Below are positions 39,311 to 53,220 of a stretch of 64,000 bases of DNA, piece after piece. Source of the stretch: Mytilus edulis (Eukaryota); the NCBI RefSeq assembly GCF_963676685.1, contig NC_092344.1, forward strand, positions 65,162,001-65,226,000. The letters are read 5' to 3'. A program made the position numbers and the translations under genes. How positions within the stretch are numbered: position 1 is the stretch's first letter; every line of letters starts with the position of its first letter. The notes under the pieces were generated by a model. That model was not told the origin of the DNA. It searched no databases and saw only the letters and a program-made list of their open reading frames with translations.

Positions 39311-42300
39311 TGATAATTATTCAACAATGATGTAGTCATATAAGTATTACAAACCCTACAAAATATAACAAGATACATATTAAACACATTTATCTAAAAA
39401 TACTATATCATACTGTGTTACAGTTATTATAACATTACTGCAGATCAACATAATATCAGAACATTGAATGTTTATAGTTCTTATACAATATCTATACACA
39501 AGGTGACATGACATGCCTGATGATAATTAACACTTGCAAATATTCACTCATCGTTCATATAAAATCATCAGCCTTGACAATTTAACATACTACTATAATG
39601 TCAAGATCATATAACAAAGCACACTCTTTCATAAAGCTGGGAATCTTACCAAAATGAATGCAAGAAACATTCATTTCAAAGTTAAGGATCCAGTTAATCC
39701 AAGACACCTCAAAGAGTACAAAATGTAACTTACCATATAAAGTCATGATGTCCTGTTCCAGAATGAATTCCATCACTATACTAATCCATAGAACTTATGG
39801 AATTACTAATCAAACACAATATAAAGTCTATGAGCACAAAGTGCATCAAAACATACAAATATATCAGGATCACAACAAATACATCAATCCTCCATTACTG
39901 TTTTCAAAACTACCACCAAAACTGGGGGCAAGGCTTAATAAACCAATCAGAATACAAGAAAACCTATACACTCTAGTGAACAGTGAGTACTGATAGTAAA
40001 ATCAATAATAGGTAAATGCTACAAGGTAAACAGTTAGATTTTATGGATCAATGAATAATCAATAGGCAATCAATGGAATAAAGGTAAACTTAAGTAAACT
40101 GCTCTGCAAATGAAAGAATATAATGAATGGTGTCTCAGACTAACCTATAAAACATATAAAATATATAAATGATTAATATGATAAAAATCCACACTACCAC
40201 ATAACCAACAGAATATTTTATGGCTTATATAAAATCCAATTTATTTGAAAGAGAAATAGTCAAGTTTAAGCTGTTAGTATATTATTTTTCATTTCATACT
40301 AATAAAAGCTACGATATAGGTCCAAGGACACAATTATCGTCCTATGTTTTTCTTTGCATAAAAAAAGTTCCAATGACATTGGATTCCTTATATAAAATGG
40401 TTTGTTAGAAGCGATTTAGCAAAAAATGTTGAACAACATTTTAATAACCGAGGAACAAGTTGAAACAAGAGACCTAATTTTTAACTGTCTCTTGTTTAGA
40501 ATCAATTGTAAACATTGATTTATTAAAAAGTATTGCAAAATGATGCATGAGAAGATATTCAGGAAGTAATTTTAAAGAGAAAAAAAGGAATCATATCTAC
40601 ATATGTAACATATGGACACATGAAGCGGATTCAAACTTTAAGGTAGCCAGTGTAATGTGTAGTTCCTACTTGAAGTGGCTACATTTATCTTGTGCAAGTC
40701 TAAAACAACTTCCAAAGGCAAAAAAATGGTTTTTTAACAATTGCATATGTTACATCATATGTGTCCATTTGAAATTCGTAGCAAACAACTTTTAATATTG
40801 TCTGTTTTGTGATGCAGTTTTACATAGCAATATTTTTATCACAAGCAGTAGGATATTTAAACCATAGATTTTAATACACAGATTTGAAAATCGACTTTTT
40901 ATATAAATATGTTAGAAACAAATATATTTAATGATGTATATACAAATGTGTTTTTATGCTTTTAATAAATATTATAAAGCTATGCATTATTTATGTATGT
41001 ACATGTTCAATATCTTATTTTTGATTGTTCTGTATTTTCATTGCTTGGTATTGTGATAAATGATTTAAATTATTATTCAGCTTTTTTTTTTCTTTCTCTA
41101 TTAATAACATCAATCAACATTTTTATTCAGTGCCGGCAAAATGATTTTTTTTTATTTTGCCTGTGACGGCTATATCGCAAATTTTCTATTTTGCCGGTGC
41201 CGGTCAAATAGCCACTGCCATAAAAGTTTGGGTGCTGAATCTTTATGTTAAGTAGTGATTTGGTCCAGTTAACGGGGTTAAAATAGGTCAAATTTTATTA
41301 CGTCTGAAGCTGTCAAACTGAATTTTAGACTCCCTTAACACAGAATTGTCAATATTTTGAGTTAGAGCTGGTAGAAGTGTCTTTAATTTAGATATTATTT
41401 GTGCCACTAGTAGTGCATTACACTGTAAAAATCTTTTTGAGATAGAGCAGGTGCGATTCTTTCAATTTGAATTCATTGTCTAAAAGAAATACACTACAAA
41501 ATAACTGTGTTCTCGAGGCATATACTTGGTCGTTATTTGTTTGACGAAAGGTTAAAACAAAAAGTGTCGAGGTACTGAGGTCGTATCTTAAAATTTACAT
41601 TTCATTCTGTAATTTGTATTTTAGAATATGTATTCACTGTACATTGGATTTTTGAAAATAATCTACAGTTAGAACAATAGACTTACAGCAGAGAAATGTA
41701 TTCACATCTGATCTGTAATTTTGTGTTTTTTTTTCCATTTATTGAACAGTTATCTCATGGAGTTTAGTTATTTTCTAATATATAATTTCAGTGTTGTATA
41801 ACAGGGATATAGGACGAGCTTTGTCGTGACTCATAAACTAGGGAATAAACAACAAAGCCCCAATTGGAAGTCCACATATTATATTTACATTTGAATTCAT
41901 ATATATCAACATTTAATGTGCAAAGCAAATTAAATATCAAATTACAAAACAATCAAGTCAACTCTGGTATTGGTCCTTATACATAAACTCGACGTCCGAA
42001 CTTGGATCTCGTCGGATTTTACTTAGAATATATGTTGTGACTGTCAATGTTTAAATATATAACCCCGTATTTTAAAGCACTCAAATTTTATTCACCGATA
42101 AATGTTTAGGGAATAGAATAGAAAGACAATTACGTCATCTCTATAATATTTTTCAACTTATGGTTTTAAAACCTATCAATTGTAACCATAATATAACAGA
42201 TACATAGATAAATAATAAACAATCCATAAAGGTTGAATAAGCGTGACACCGGGACGGGTCCGTATTGCATAACATATAAATAAGGAATTTGACACGTGAA

Positions 42301-43493
42301 CTGTGAGACTTTTAAAAAAGATTGGTAATTTCAATGGCTGTCTTCAACATAAATGCCAAGAAGTTATATAAGTAAGGGCACTTGTGTGGTACTGCAACTT
42401 ATTTGATCATTTTTATTTTGTTTGAATATGATCAAAATTTAACTAGCAATAATTTATTGCCTGCTGTTATTGCAATGACCCGTTAAACAAACTTAAGCTC
42501 AAGTCATTTACAAGGAATGGATGACTGTATTGTTTTCACAAATGGAAAACATACTGTGTTTAATATTCCATAACGGTCAATAACTCACGACGATGTCTGT
42601 TAAAATCACGAAACCACGAATCAACTCGACCATTAACATCATGATCAAGTCTCCTATATTTAGTAATGATAGATCATTGTTTTTAGATTTGCCTCGTTCT
42701 ATTTTTCATAATACTTACAGTTTTTGATAAAAGACGAAGTGAAAAATTGTTATTTCAGATTTCTTCCCCTTTGACTGAACGATAATATAACATATCTGCC
42801 ATGCAATTCCGAAGTATAAAGGTTCGTCACTTTGTTTTTCATTCGTTTTTATTGATGGAGATTTAATTTCAATCAACCATTTTAAAATGTAAGTTGGAAA
42901 TTAGGTAACGAAGTGAACTGTGAAACACATCCATTCAACTCGAATGTTCAACTTGACAGTATTGCACTGCATAATCGAAATATATCAAGAAACGCGTACT
43001 TCCAAATTTATTTAAGAAAATATTATCCAATTTATAACATAGATAGTGCCTATGTTTAGCGGGAATTTCTGACATTTTAGCTATTTATGGTCATGAATAA
43101 ATATACCCTTACGAGCAATAGGCATTTTCACAAAAACGAACTGTTAAAGACTCCAGCTCTACAGTTGCAAACACTAACATCTTCCTAGAAATATTGAAAT
43201 TGGGCGACAACCCTAACGATAAAAAGACTTCACCAAACGATGGCATAGTAAAGAGTAATTTTTGGGGTAAAAGCTTTTGGTGTGATTCAATTTTACTATA
43301 AACCATTTTCAAAATAGCCATTTACATTTGTGGTCAAATATTCAAGTTTGCGCATTTTTGAGTTGTCCATGAGACTTGCAAACGACATTTGTGTACTTCA
43401 GTGAATAGGCTTTATAATACTTTTCCTTTGCAAACAATTTCAATTTCATGGCTCTTGAACAATTTCCTGTCAATAGAATGGTAACATAGATAT

Positions 43494-43930
43494 AGGAAGA
43501 TGTGGTATGAGTGCCAATGAGACAACTCTCCATCCAAGTAACAATTTATTAAAGTAAACCATTATACGTCAAGGTACAGCCTTCAACACGGAGCCTTGTC
43601 TCACACCGAACAGCAGTCTATAAAAGGCCCCAAAAATTTCTTGTGTAAAACCATTCAAACGGGACAAACAACGACATAATCTATAAAAAAAAAAACGAGA
43701 AACACGTATGAACTACATGAACAAACGACAACTACTGTACATCATTTTCCTGACTAAGGACAGGTGCAAACATTTGCAGCGGGATAAACGTGTTAATAGT
43801 ACCAAACAGTTTCTCAAACAATAGTATAACATCACAACATAGACATATACACTAGAAAATATCAATTGGAAGGCTTAACTCAATCAAAAAACGCAAATTA
43901 ACACACAATGAACGAATAAATTTGATCTAT
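43494..43930 (+). repeat. High-copy dispersed repeat copy (inverted relative to 14120-14571)
   Basis: Sequence match to the other copies in the window. Confidence 0.85.
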
Positions 43931-44079
43931 AAGGAATAAATAATTATGGTCAAAAGTAAATAAACAGGTTTATTTAAAACAAAGTTAAAGAAGGACTTTT
44001 TGTTTTTCTTTGGTTCTTATAACGTGACTCTGTACTTTAAAAGATCCCGTCAGTATGATATTGTTCTAATTTATGTCAT

Positions 44080-45272
44080 TAGGTCTTTCCACCTTTCGTG
44101 TGGAAAGACCTATTGATTTTGTTCTGATTATTTTTTTTTTCTTCCGCCTAATTTTTTTCTTGCGGTGTAAAAATGTTTTAAAAGATGTCGCTTAGTTTTT
44201 TTGTATATGAGATCATACAGTCTATACGCTTTTGAAACTCACCCTGTTTAACCGAACACTTTTCTTTGTAAGAGTTATCTCCCCAAACACTGTTTTTCTT
44301 GTTATCAGATCTCCTCCGCAACCGTAAAAGAAAGCGACAAATTTATTTTTCCAAATTGCTCGTTATATGCTCAGGATGTTACGTTTTATTTTGACCAAAG
44401 CTTTACGAAGACCCCATATGAGAGTAATTTTCCCTTTTGTATTGAAATAAGTGAAATAAATTTGTAACTGGAAAACCATAAGTGATAGAGGCCTAGGGTC
44501 TTTTGATTTGAGGCCCTTGCTCAAAAAGTATGAAAATGAGGTCAAGGTCAAAGGTCCAGGTCATGTTCAAATTTTTGATTTTGGCTTGTTATCTCTTATT
44601 TTCAGAAATCATACAAGATATCGACAAAATATTTTCACACAATTGTTAGTTGCGACATGTCGAAACATGTAAATTTTACTTAAAAGGGTACGTAACATTT
44701 AATGCGAGTTTTTCCCCCTTTTATATCTAATATTAGTTGTATGGTAATATAACTCATTAACAATATAAAGTAGAGGCCTAGAGTCTTTTGATTTGAGGTC
44801 CTTGGTTGATGACCTTGAAATTGAGCTCAAGGTCATAGGTAAATTTAACGTTCTAGATTTTGACCTTTGTTTTTTCCTCTTATATATACATGATAAAGCC
44901 ATGGGACTTTTGGCAAAAGGTTGCAAGCAATGTGACCTTGAAAAAGCCAACCGGAAGTGACCTTTTGTAAACCGGAAGTAGCCATTTTTTGTACTAATTT
45001 AATGTAAAAGTATATAGAACCATCTATTTTTGGAATCAGTGTCAAGTAAACTATCAAAACATACCGGAAATAACATCTTTTAAACCGGAAGTAAAAAATT
45101 ATCTCCCTTATGTATATCTTTTTGTATAGAAACCATATATTTTTGGAATCAGCGTCCAATAAGCTGTCATTTGACGTTAAAATTGACATTTAAAACCGAA
45201 TTTTAATATTTTCATATAAAAAAGACCCTTACTGGTGGAAAGACCATCAATGGTTCTCTGAACAATTGGTTT
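44080..45272 (-). mobile_element. Helentron-associated non-autonomous element (HINE/DINE-1-like)
   Basis: Perfect 13-bp stem hairpin taggtctttccac/gtggaaagaccta (44080-44112). The same gtggaaagacc motif recurs near the other end (45235-45245). Internal duplicated blocks near 44489 and 44773; T-rich flanks. Confidence 0.7.
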
Positions 45273-48200
45273 TTAATTATGATATATTTCTATTATGAAT
45301 TAAAAAATACGTTGAACCACAAACGTCAACATCATTCAATCGCGTAGTGGAATTAACTATTAGTGGATTCTTATAAATTCTATATAACTTTTGGACTATT
45401 TTAAATCTCGGTCTATTTCTGAAATTTATTCTTACATACTTTTGATTTTTTAACCCTGTATGCTAACATTGCCTATGTGAAATTTTAAAATTGTTTGTAT
45501 GTACATTGAACGACAAATATATGTGATGTAAAAAAAATTCTGACGTCAGACACGCAAATCAATGAATGTGTTTGTAGATTGATGTTTTTGTGTTCTGTTA
45601 AATTGTTCCTTTTGAAATTGTTACACGATGATGACTTCTGTACCCATATTTTGACTATTTTATTTATTGTGTCTGTTTAATTAACGCATCATGGTAAATA
45701 TAGGAATTTGATGAGACTGTCATCAAAGTGAGAGGGTTAGCGCTATAAAACCACGTTTAATCCACCATTTTCTACATTTGAAAATGCCTGTACCAAGTCA
45801 GGAATATGACAGTTCTTTTTTTCCAATGAGACAACTCTCCATCCAAGTCACAATTTAGTAAACATTATAGGTAAAGGTACGGTCTTCAACACGGAGCCTT
45901 GGCTAATTCCTAACAACAAGCTATAAAGTGCCCAAAAAAATGAGAAACGAGAAACACTTACGAACCACATCAACAAACGACAACTACTGAACATCATATT
46001 GCTGAATAAGGACAGGTGCCAACAGTTTCAGCGGCTGTAAACGTTTTAATGGTACCAAACCTTAAGCCTTATCTGAAACATTTTGCAAATTATTGTCACA
46101 CATGCCATTACTCACCAGTTTATGGATTCCATCTAGCACTATTCCGTCATGCTTCTTAATAATATATTCAAAGTAGTTCTTGAATAAACTATATTGTAAA
46201 CATTTAAAGCTTGAATCATTGTTGAAGGCCGTACGGTGAAATATGATTTTGTGTCATTTGCTCTCTTTTGAAGAGTTTTCTCATGGGCAATCATACCTCA
46301 TCTTCTTGTTTTATTTTAAAATATAAAATTAGGATCTAGAATGATTGCCAATGAGGCAAAAGTGTGGCGAAAGATCACTATCACTCAGAGTCACAATGAA
46401 GTGCAAGTAAACAGTTATAAGCCACAGTGCGACCTTAACCATAAATGTAAATCACCGGTATTTTTTCCTCGATCTTAGTTTTCGATGGTCAATGTTAGTT
46501 TTTCATTAAATAAAGTGTAATAGCTGTGTATTAAGGCTTCTCTTTTAGTGAATAATTTGTTGTTCCATCATTAAAAATAATCATATTTACTTATAGCTCG
46601 ATATATTTATTAAAGTATTTCATAGGAAAATGTTCTATCATAGCAGAATGTAAGAAATAAGGAGAAAAATCTCCCCAAAACACACAGTATGGCTTGTTCT
46701 GTCAACTGAAGATTTAAGGTAGAGTCCTATTTCAAGGAAATTTTCTCATAAAATGTGTTTTGGAGACTCAATCCACTCAGAATATTTATTATTTGTAATA
46801 TTTCACTTAAGTAGCAAGAAATTTTAACACATGAGAGTACTCACAAGGTCAAAGGTGCATGTACAGCTTCCCATATTAGGTTTAATACCACCATAGATTT
46901 TCCCCTATTAGTCTTTGTTAAATTTGCACTTTTCCAAAAAATGTGCATAAGTTCTCTTTGATTCAAATAAAGAAATACTTGGTATGAGTGAAGTTTTATC
47001 CTGTCCAGTACTATAGAAAAAAATCACATAACATTTCATTGCATAAAATAAAATAAAATAAACATCACTGGAAGTGTCCCAAACAAATTTCTCCCCTTTT
47101 TTAACCTGTGTACAAGGAACCATGTAACCTCAAGTTTACAAAATATTCTATAGAAACCCCAAATTAAAAAAAACAATAGTGATTTGAAATATACAAGACA
47201 TATGTTTATGAAACAGAAATGTGTTACTGCAATAAAATGTAGAATTAATTACCTACAACTGTCAAATTAAAGGGAATATTTTTTTCGACCTTTTTTCGTA
47301 TACAATCGAATTTGGTGGTATTACACCTTCAAGGGCTATTATAACTAACTATACTATATTGGCTTTGCTCATTGTTGAATGCTGTATGGTGTCTTGTATG
47401 TAGTTACCTCTTGGTCTGTATTGATAGTTTACTCGTTCATAATAGCATATATACTTTTTTTACTCTATGTTGTATTATAATCTTTCCAAAAAACAATTGC
47501 CACACAAATATGCCAACTACATTTTTGGAGAACGATTCTCATAGACTATTTACTGTTTTGTTTTAACTGGCACACGTATTTTTGAATAAACTTATATAGC
47601 GTTCTAAACTTTCCAGTTGTATGACAGATATTTCTTCACATCTGTTTTATTGATTCTCGTTATATCTATAGAAAACAACATAATTTAAAGTATGACGCAA
47701 AGCACATTTTATACATTTCGCTATCATTCATCTTTATTGGAATCACGATGTTTTATAATCAAAAATATGTTATATTGGCATATTAAACAGTTAACTCTTA
47801 CATTTGTCCATTGACCGTGTCAAATATTTTATGATGCAAATACAAAAAGTGGGGTTTATTGTTTATATGGTTGAATGGCGATGGGTATTTAAACTGTCCG
47901 AAATTTCAACTTATGTTACAGCTGCTGATAAATATAATATATCAAAGACGTAATGCATATTATAGTATGGAGCAGAGTTCATACCAGATAAAAAGGTAAG
48001 GTTCTAACAACAGCGTGTTTTTAAAATGCTAATATTCAGTAATTATAACAGTCCATGTGGTCACTTAAACAATCAGGACGAATGTAGAAAATTCCAAATA
48101 GGACGCAAGAACATTACAAAGTCGACTTTTTTTGTTCCACGGTAACATCTACGCTGCAAAATAAAAACGCATAATACATTTATTCACAAAATTGCATTGA

Positions 48201-49134
48201 GTGTGTTTCAAATCTATATCTACAGCAACATCTTGGTATATAGAGCTTAATCTTCACACACGAATTTTATACATGGAACTGAACAAAGAATTGAAGCAAA
48301 TACTAGTATAGTGTGTTCTTGTTTTGTGATGTTGAACTACTGTCCAATGTTAGGGGGTTGCTGGCATTTACTTAGTTTAAACCCGCTGCATGTGTTTGCA
48401 CCTTTCAGAAGCCAGGAGCCTGTTGTTCAGTGGGTGTCGTTTATTGATGTTGGTCATTAGTGTTTTTCTGTTTACGTTTTTTATATCGATTAGACCGTTG
48501 GTTTTCCTGTTTGAATGGTTTTACTCAAGCCATTTGCAGGGCCGTTTATAGCTTGCTGTTCGGTGTTAGCCAAGGCTAGGTTTTGAAGACCATACTTTGA
48601 CTTATAATGGTATACTTTTTACACATTGTGACTTGGATGGATACCACATCTTCTTATTTATATTAATGAATATTTTCAAACGATCTTGCAATACCATGTC
48701 AATAATAAAACTCGAGGAAATGATAAAAAGAAATCTTCCAAAATCCTCGTATAAAACATAAGAATGAGCAACACGAACTTAAATCAATAAAAACCAGATT
48801 AACGAATATTGAATTAACTTATATATTAACAATGAATAAGTTAAGGTGTATTTAAAAACGAAATGACGGAACCAGTAGTTCAAACAAAAAATGCCTAGAC
48901 TAGTGTATTTTTGCAAGAGCTTAAATGTGAAGATTGCTGTTATCGTGAGGATAAACTGTTCATGTTTTAATCAAGGAAAACTGTTGGTCAATTAACCCAT
49001 GAAACTTGAACAAAACGTTGTTGTTAATCAGGCGATTTTCATTATATCTGTGAAATGCAGGTATTCTAGTATTGTTAAAAAAAACCAACAATATCTTTAG
49101 CCTGTGTCCGGCTGGAAAATCGCAAACTTAGGTC

Positions 49135-49312
49135 AACTACCTCAGAAGCATGGGCAACACAAACAATTAGCAGAATGGGTTACATCAAAAGCAGAAGCGA
49201 CATAAAGCATGTACCCATGATTACCTCAGAAGCAGGAAAGACATAAAACATATCCGCATTGGTCACCTTGGGAGCAGGAACGCCATAAAATATATACGCA
49301 TGGACTACCTAA
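49135..49312. repeat. Degenerate ~41-bp tandem repeat, about 4 copies
   Basis: Recurrent tacctcagaagcagga..gacataaaacatat..gcatgg. Confidence 0.65.
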
Positions 49313-50299
49313 AATTTCAGGCAGGCCACAAAATGATTAAAAAGTAAATTAGACCTGAAATAAGAAAAATAGAATTATGTTTAAGATTTATTAAAGTGTA
49401 TTCATCCTTCATATATTTTTGCATCATTTTGTTAAACACTGTGCATATATTTCTAAACATCAATTAGTGTAAAAAGAAACCATTTAATAGTATGTTTAAC
49501 ATGAAGACTAAAAACGAATATTTAAAAAATAAGATTCTGTTCTTTTGTATTGCTTAAAATCATAAAACAAAATACTATATTTAATTTTTTTTCAAGACAA
49601 TTTTTTTAATTGCTTTTCTTCTATACTGTTTTGATCTTTAATATGGATATCAATTATTCGTTTGCATTAATAATTTAAATTTATAAATCCATTTTTAAAT
49701 TAATATAGTAAACATAATATGGAACACAATATTTTTTTAATTTTGGACTCCAAATTTCTAAGGAGAGTGATATATTGTGACAGATAAAAGTATAAACATA
49801 TTTTATTTAAAATAACATTCAAGTTAAATAATGTACACAATTTGGTATTAATATATTAATACAATTGAATGATTAATAGGATCCGGAAACAATTGTTTAA
49901 CTTATATTAATCCGTTTCTTATAAATCCGTGACATATATTTGACAGTTTTGGACATATATAACGTTACAATTAATATTTTAATTTTGACCCTATTTCGGA
50001 CAATAACTATATTTGGTAATTTCTAGTTGTATGCTCAAAAGAAAGTAATTTTTGCATACAATCAATTAAATGATTGCTATATAAGTATAAATTCTGCTTT
50101 GAGACGTTTGGCACGTTTTGAAAAGTTTGAATTTTGAAATGTATAGCTAGGTAAGTCATGATAATAAAAAATTTAAAATTTAAAGTAAAAAAAATTAAAA
50201 AAAATTAACTAAAATAAAGATAATTAAGAAGCATTCGTAAATAGATCATAGTTATATATACAAGTATGCATATTATAGAAGTTGCACCGCCACAATAGT

Positions 50300-50450
50300 G
50301 AATTTATTGGTTTAATCGGAGTATAATTGACAGTCTATTTGGGTTTATTAATTGGATTGCATCAGTGTTTAAAGGCAGTTTTATATCCTGGTCCAGTTAT
50401 ATGATTGGCCAATGCACTTTCGATTTTTTGTTTTTATATTTGCAGTCATA
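50300..50450 (+). promoter_or_regulatory. Candidate FAS promoter: cluster of CCAAT boxes
   Basis: ATTGG at 50306, 50351 and 50404, plus CCAAT at 50409 (ATTGGCCAAT palindrome). About 2.1 kb upstream of the first coding exon, which begins with a splice acceptor. Confidence 0.35.
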
Positions 50451-52574
50451 AACTTTACTTCAAAATATGTTGTCAAAATGTAGTAGATCAAACCTTATTG
50501 GAGCAAGTATAGTTTACTGGTACGTTTTTAGAAAAAATATAATTAATTATTACTGTAATCGTCATTTTGTTATTATAATTATTATTTTCATCAGTTTTTC
50601 AATGACGGTTACGACATTAATTCATGTGTATAAGGTAATTTATGGCTGCAGATAGCTCAATTCGGGAACTTTACTATCATATCTTCAGTGTTCATGAAAT
50701 GAAAGGTATGTTTAGCTTTTGAAACAGGCAACGTCATCATAAACAATATTTTCAAACAATAATAATATGGATATTTCGATAAGAATATGAGCATTTCTGG
50801 CAGATTTGTAAGCATTAACTGAAAAAAAATCATCCATGTTAAGTCAATCTGAGACGAAAATAAAATTGGAAAAAAATATTGTCCGTTTTTAAAGTTAAAT
50901 TTAATTTGATTTTGACTTTTGTACAAGCTGACATTTGAAATTTATTTTTAATAAATAAATCAAAATCACAAATATATGAGTGATCTCTATATTCTTGGAC
51001 AGATCACATGAGAAAATAACCAAACTTTAAATACCCGACGAATAATGAATATTTGATCGGACCTTTAATGAAAATAACTTTTTTCGACCACAGATAATAA
51101 ATACATATTGTTTTGCGTATGATGCATGGTACGTATATTTATATTACATCTCATTAGTTTTTTTACAGTTATACGCTGATTAATTTTGTGATAACTACAA
51201 CAATACGTATGCAGAAAATTCAAAAAAAAAAATCGCAACCAAATTAAAGCGTCGGCTTTTGATAACATGGGTTACATTTACTGTACAAAAAAACGCATTA
51301 TACATTTCTTTACAAAATTTCATTGAGTGTACTTCAAATCTATTTCTACATCAATAATTTGGCATATTGAGCTTAATCTACAAACATGGATGTTATACAG
51401 GATACTGAACAAAAACATGTAAAAAAATTAGGCTACACCATAAAAGATATTTTGTCTTTTGGTGATGACGTGATAATCCATTAGTTCGACAACTAATGTT
51501 GTGCATCCCTTACGCATGGATCGAATCCAATTTTTTAGTTTGAACTATTAGACAAACATATTGCAACGCTAAGACTGATTCTGTCAAATGATGTTGGCGT
51601 CTTAAAAGTTAGACCCACTTTGACTTGACTTTGACCATCATGAAATATAAATGTTGTTTTGAGTAAGTAAATCCACTGTTACCATTGATGTATTGAGTCT
51701 GGAATTTTTCTTCTCTCACTCAGTCGATCAATAACATTGATCATATGCAGCTGCACAATATCGTCTATTTTATTTGCGGTGTTTAAATGTCTATGAAAAT
51801 TGACTAACACATACGATAGTTTCCACAGCGACAGTTGTAGATTATCGTTGGTCATCTCAACGAGATTGATTTTCTCGCTCTCCGTACGACGAAAGTGAGA
51901 AAAGTAATCGAGTTTACATAGTCAATGATAATCTGTTTATCGCTATTTTGCTTATGATGATGCTGATGTTTACATTGACAAGGGCACGTGTTCCCTTAGT
52001 TTCTATTGTTAATTATTTTATCGTAATATTTAATTAAATAGCGATAATTGGAATATACAAAACGTTCGTTAGAACGCCTGTTTATGCAATGGTTGTAGCA
52101 GTGACTTTTCGATTACATAGATAAAACACAAACTTCTTCCGATCATAAACTAGAAAAGTTATGTTTAGTCTAAACCACGGATTAAATCTTCAGCTTATGT
52201 TTGACACCTATCATTTTCACGAAGTTGTGCTACTTTGACCGTTGAATTTTCGTTGACATAAGTTTAAGTTTTTTTTCAGTTTAATAATGGCCAAAGACAT
52301 TTGATTTTGTTTACAATATTAGAATACCTGAATTTCACAGTAATGATGAAAATCGCCTGATTAACAACAACTTTTTGTACAGTATAGTTTCACGGGTGAA
52401 TTGACCAAAGGTTTCCCGTGGTAAACATGAACTGTGTATCCTCACGATAATAGCAACATTCATCTTTCAGCTCTTAAATAATACACTTTGCAATTGGTTA
52501 AAAATGTAGACGAAGTGATATCTTAACATATACAAATTACTTATCTACATTTTTATTCATTCAGGGACTAAAAA

Positions 52575-52833
52575 ATGTATGCACAGTATTTGAAACGTTT
52601 ATCACGGGGTACAGAGGAGGACAAACCCACTGGTAAAAATAAAGGAAGTAGAACTGGGTCAGATCAATTTGTCTTGAATCCAGTTTCAAGCCCACCTAAC
52701 AGCAAAGTAGAAGATGTTGTCATCAGTGGTGTTTCATGTAGACTTCCAGAATCTGACAATATTGAAGAATTTAAACAGCATTTGATAAATAAAGATGACA
52801 TGGTGACAGATGATGAAAGAAGATGGCCAAAAG
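52575..52833 (+). CDS. FASN: Fatty acid synthase-like (type I FAS/PKS) coding exon 1, KS N-terminus
   Basis: attcag acceptor at 52564, ATG at 52575; [21 protein letters not shown]...[13 protein letters not shown]; g|gtttga donor. Confidence 0.9.
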
Positions 52834-53052
52834 GTTTGAAATGTGTCTTTCTTTAATGCATACGCTTTTCTCACATTTCTTGAGCGGTTTGTGAAAAAAA
52901 CAATTATCATCACTTGTGAAATATCTCTTTTTCCTATCTGAATTTCCTATTGTGACGTCCTGAAAAGGGAGACTATTTCTGATGACGTCACATATAAAAA
53001 CACAAGTTTCTGCAAATCTTTAAAAAGGACGAACAAAAATCATTAGAGAAAC

Positions 53053-53220
53053 AGATTCTACCACTGTTACTCGTGCATTACGATATTTCTCCGCTGTCAA
53101 TAGTTAAATTTTAATTATTGAAAAAGCTCAGCAAGCCTTTCGCTTTAAATGATCTTAAATGTTAAAAACTGTTTCGAGTTGAGAAATATCGTAACACACT
53201 CGTCGCAGTGATGGAATCTA
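53053..53220. repeat. Imperfect long palindrome in the FAS intron
   Basis: agattc..ccactg...ttacgatatttctc versus gagaaatatcgtaa...cagtg..ggaatct. A similar structure lies at ~51840-51934. Confidence 0.65.
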
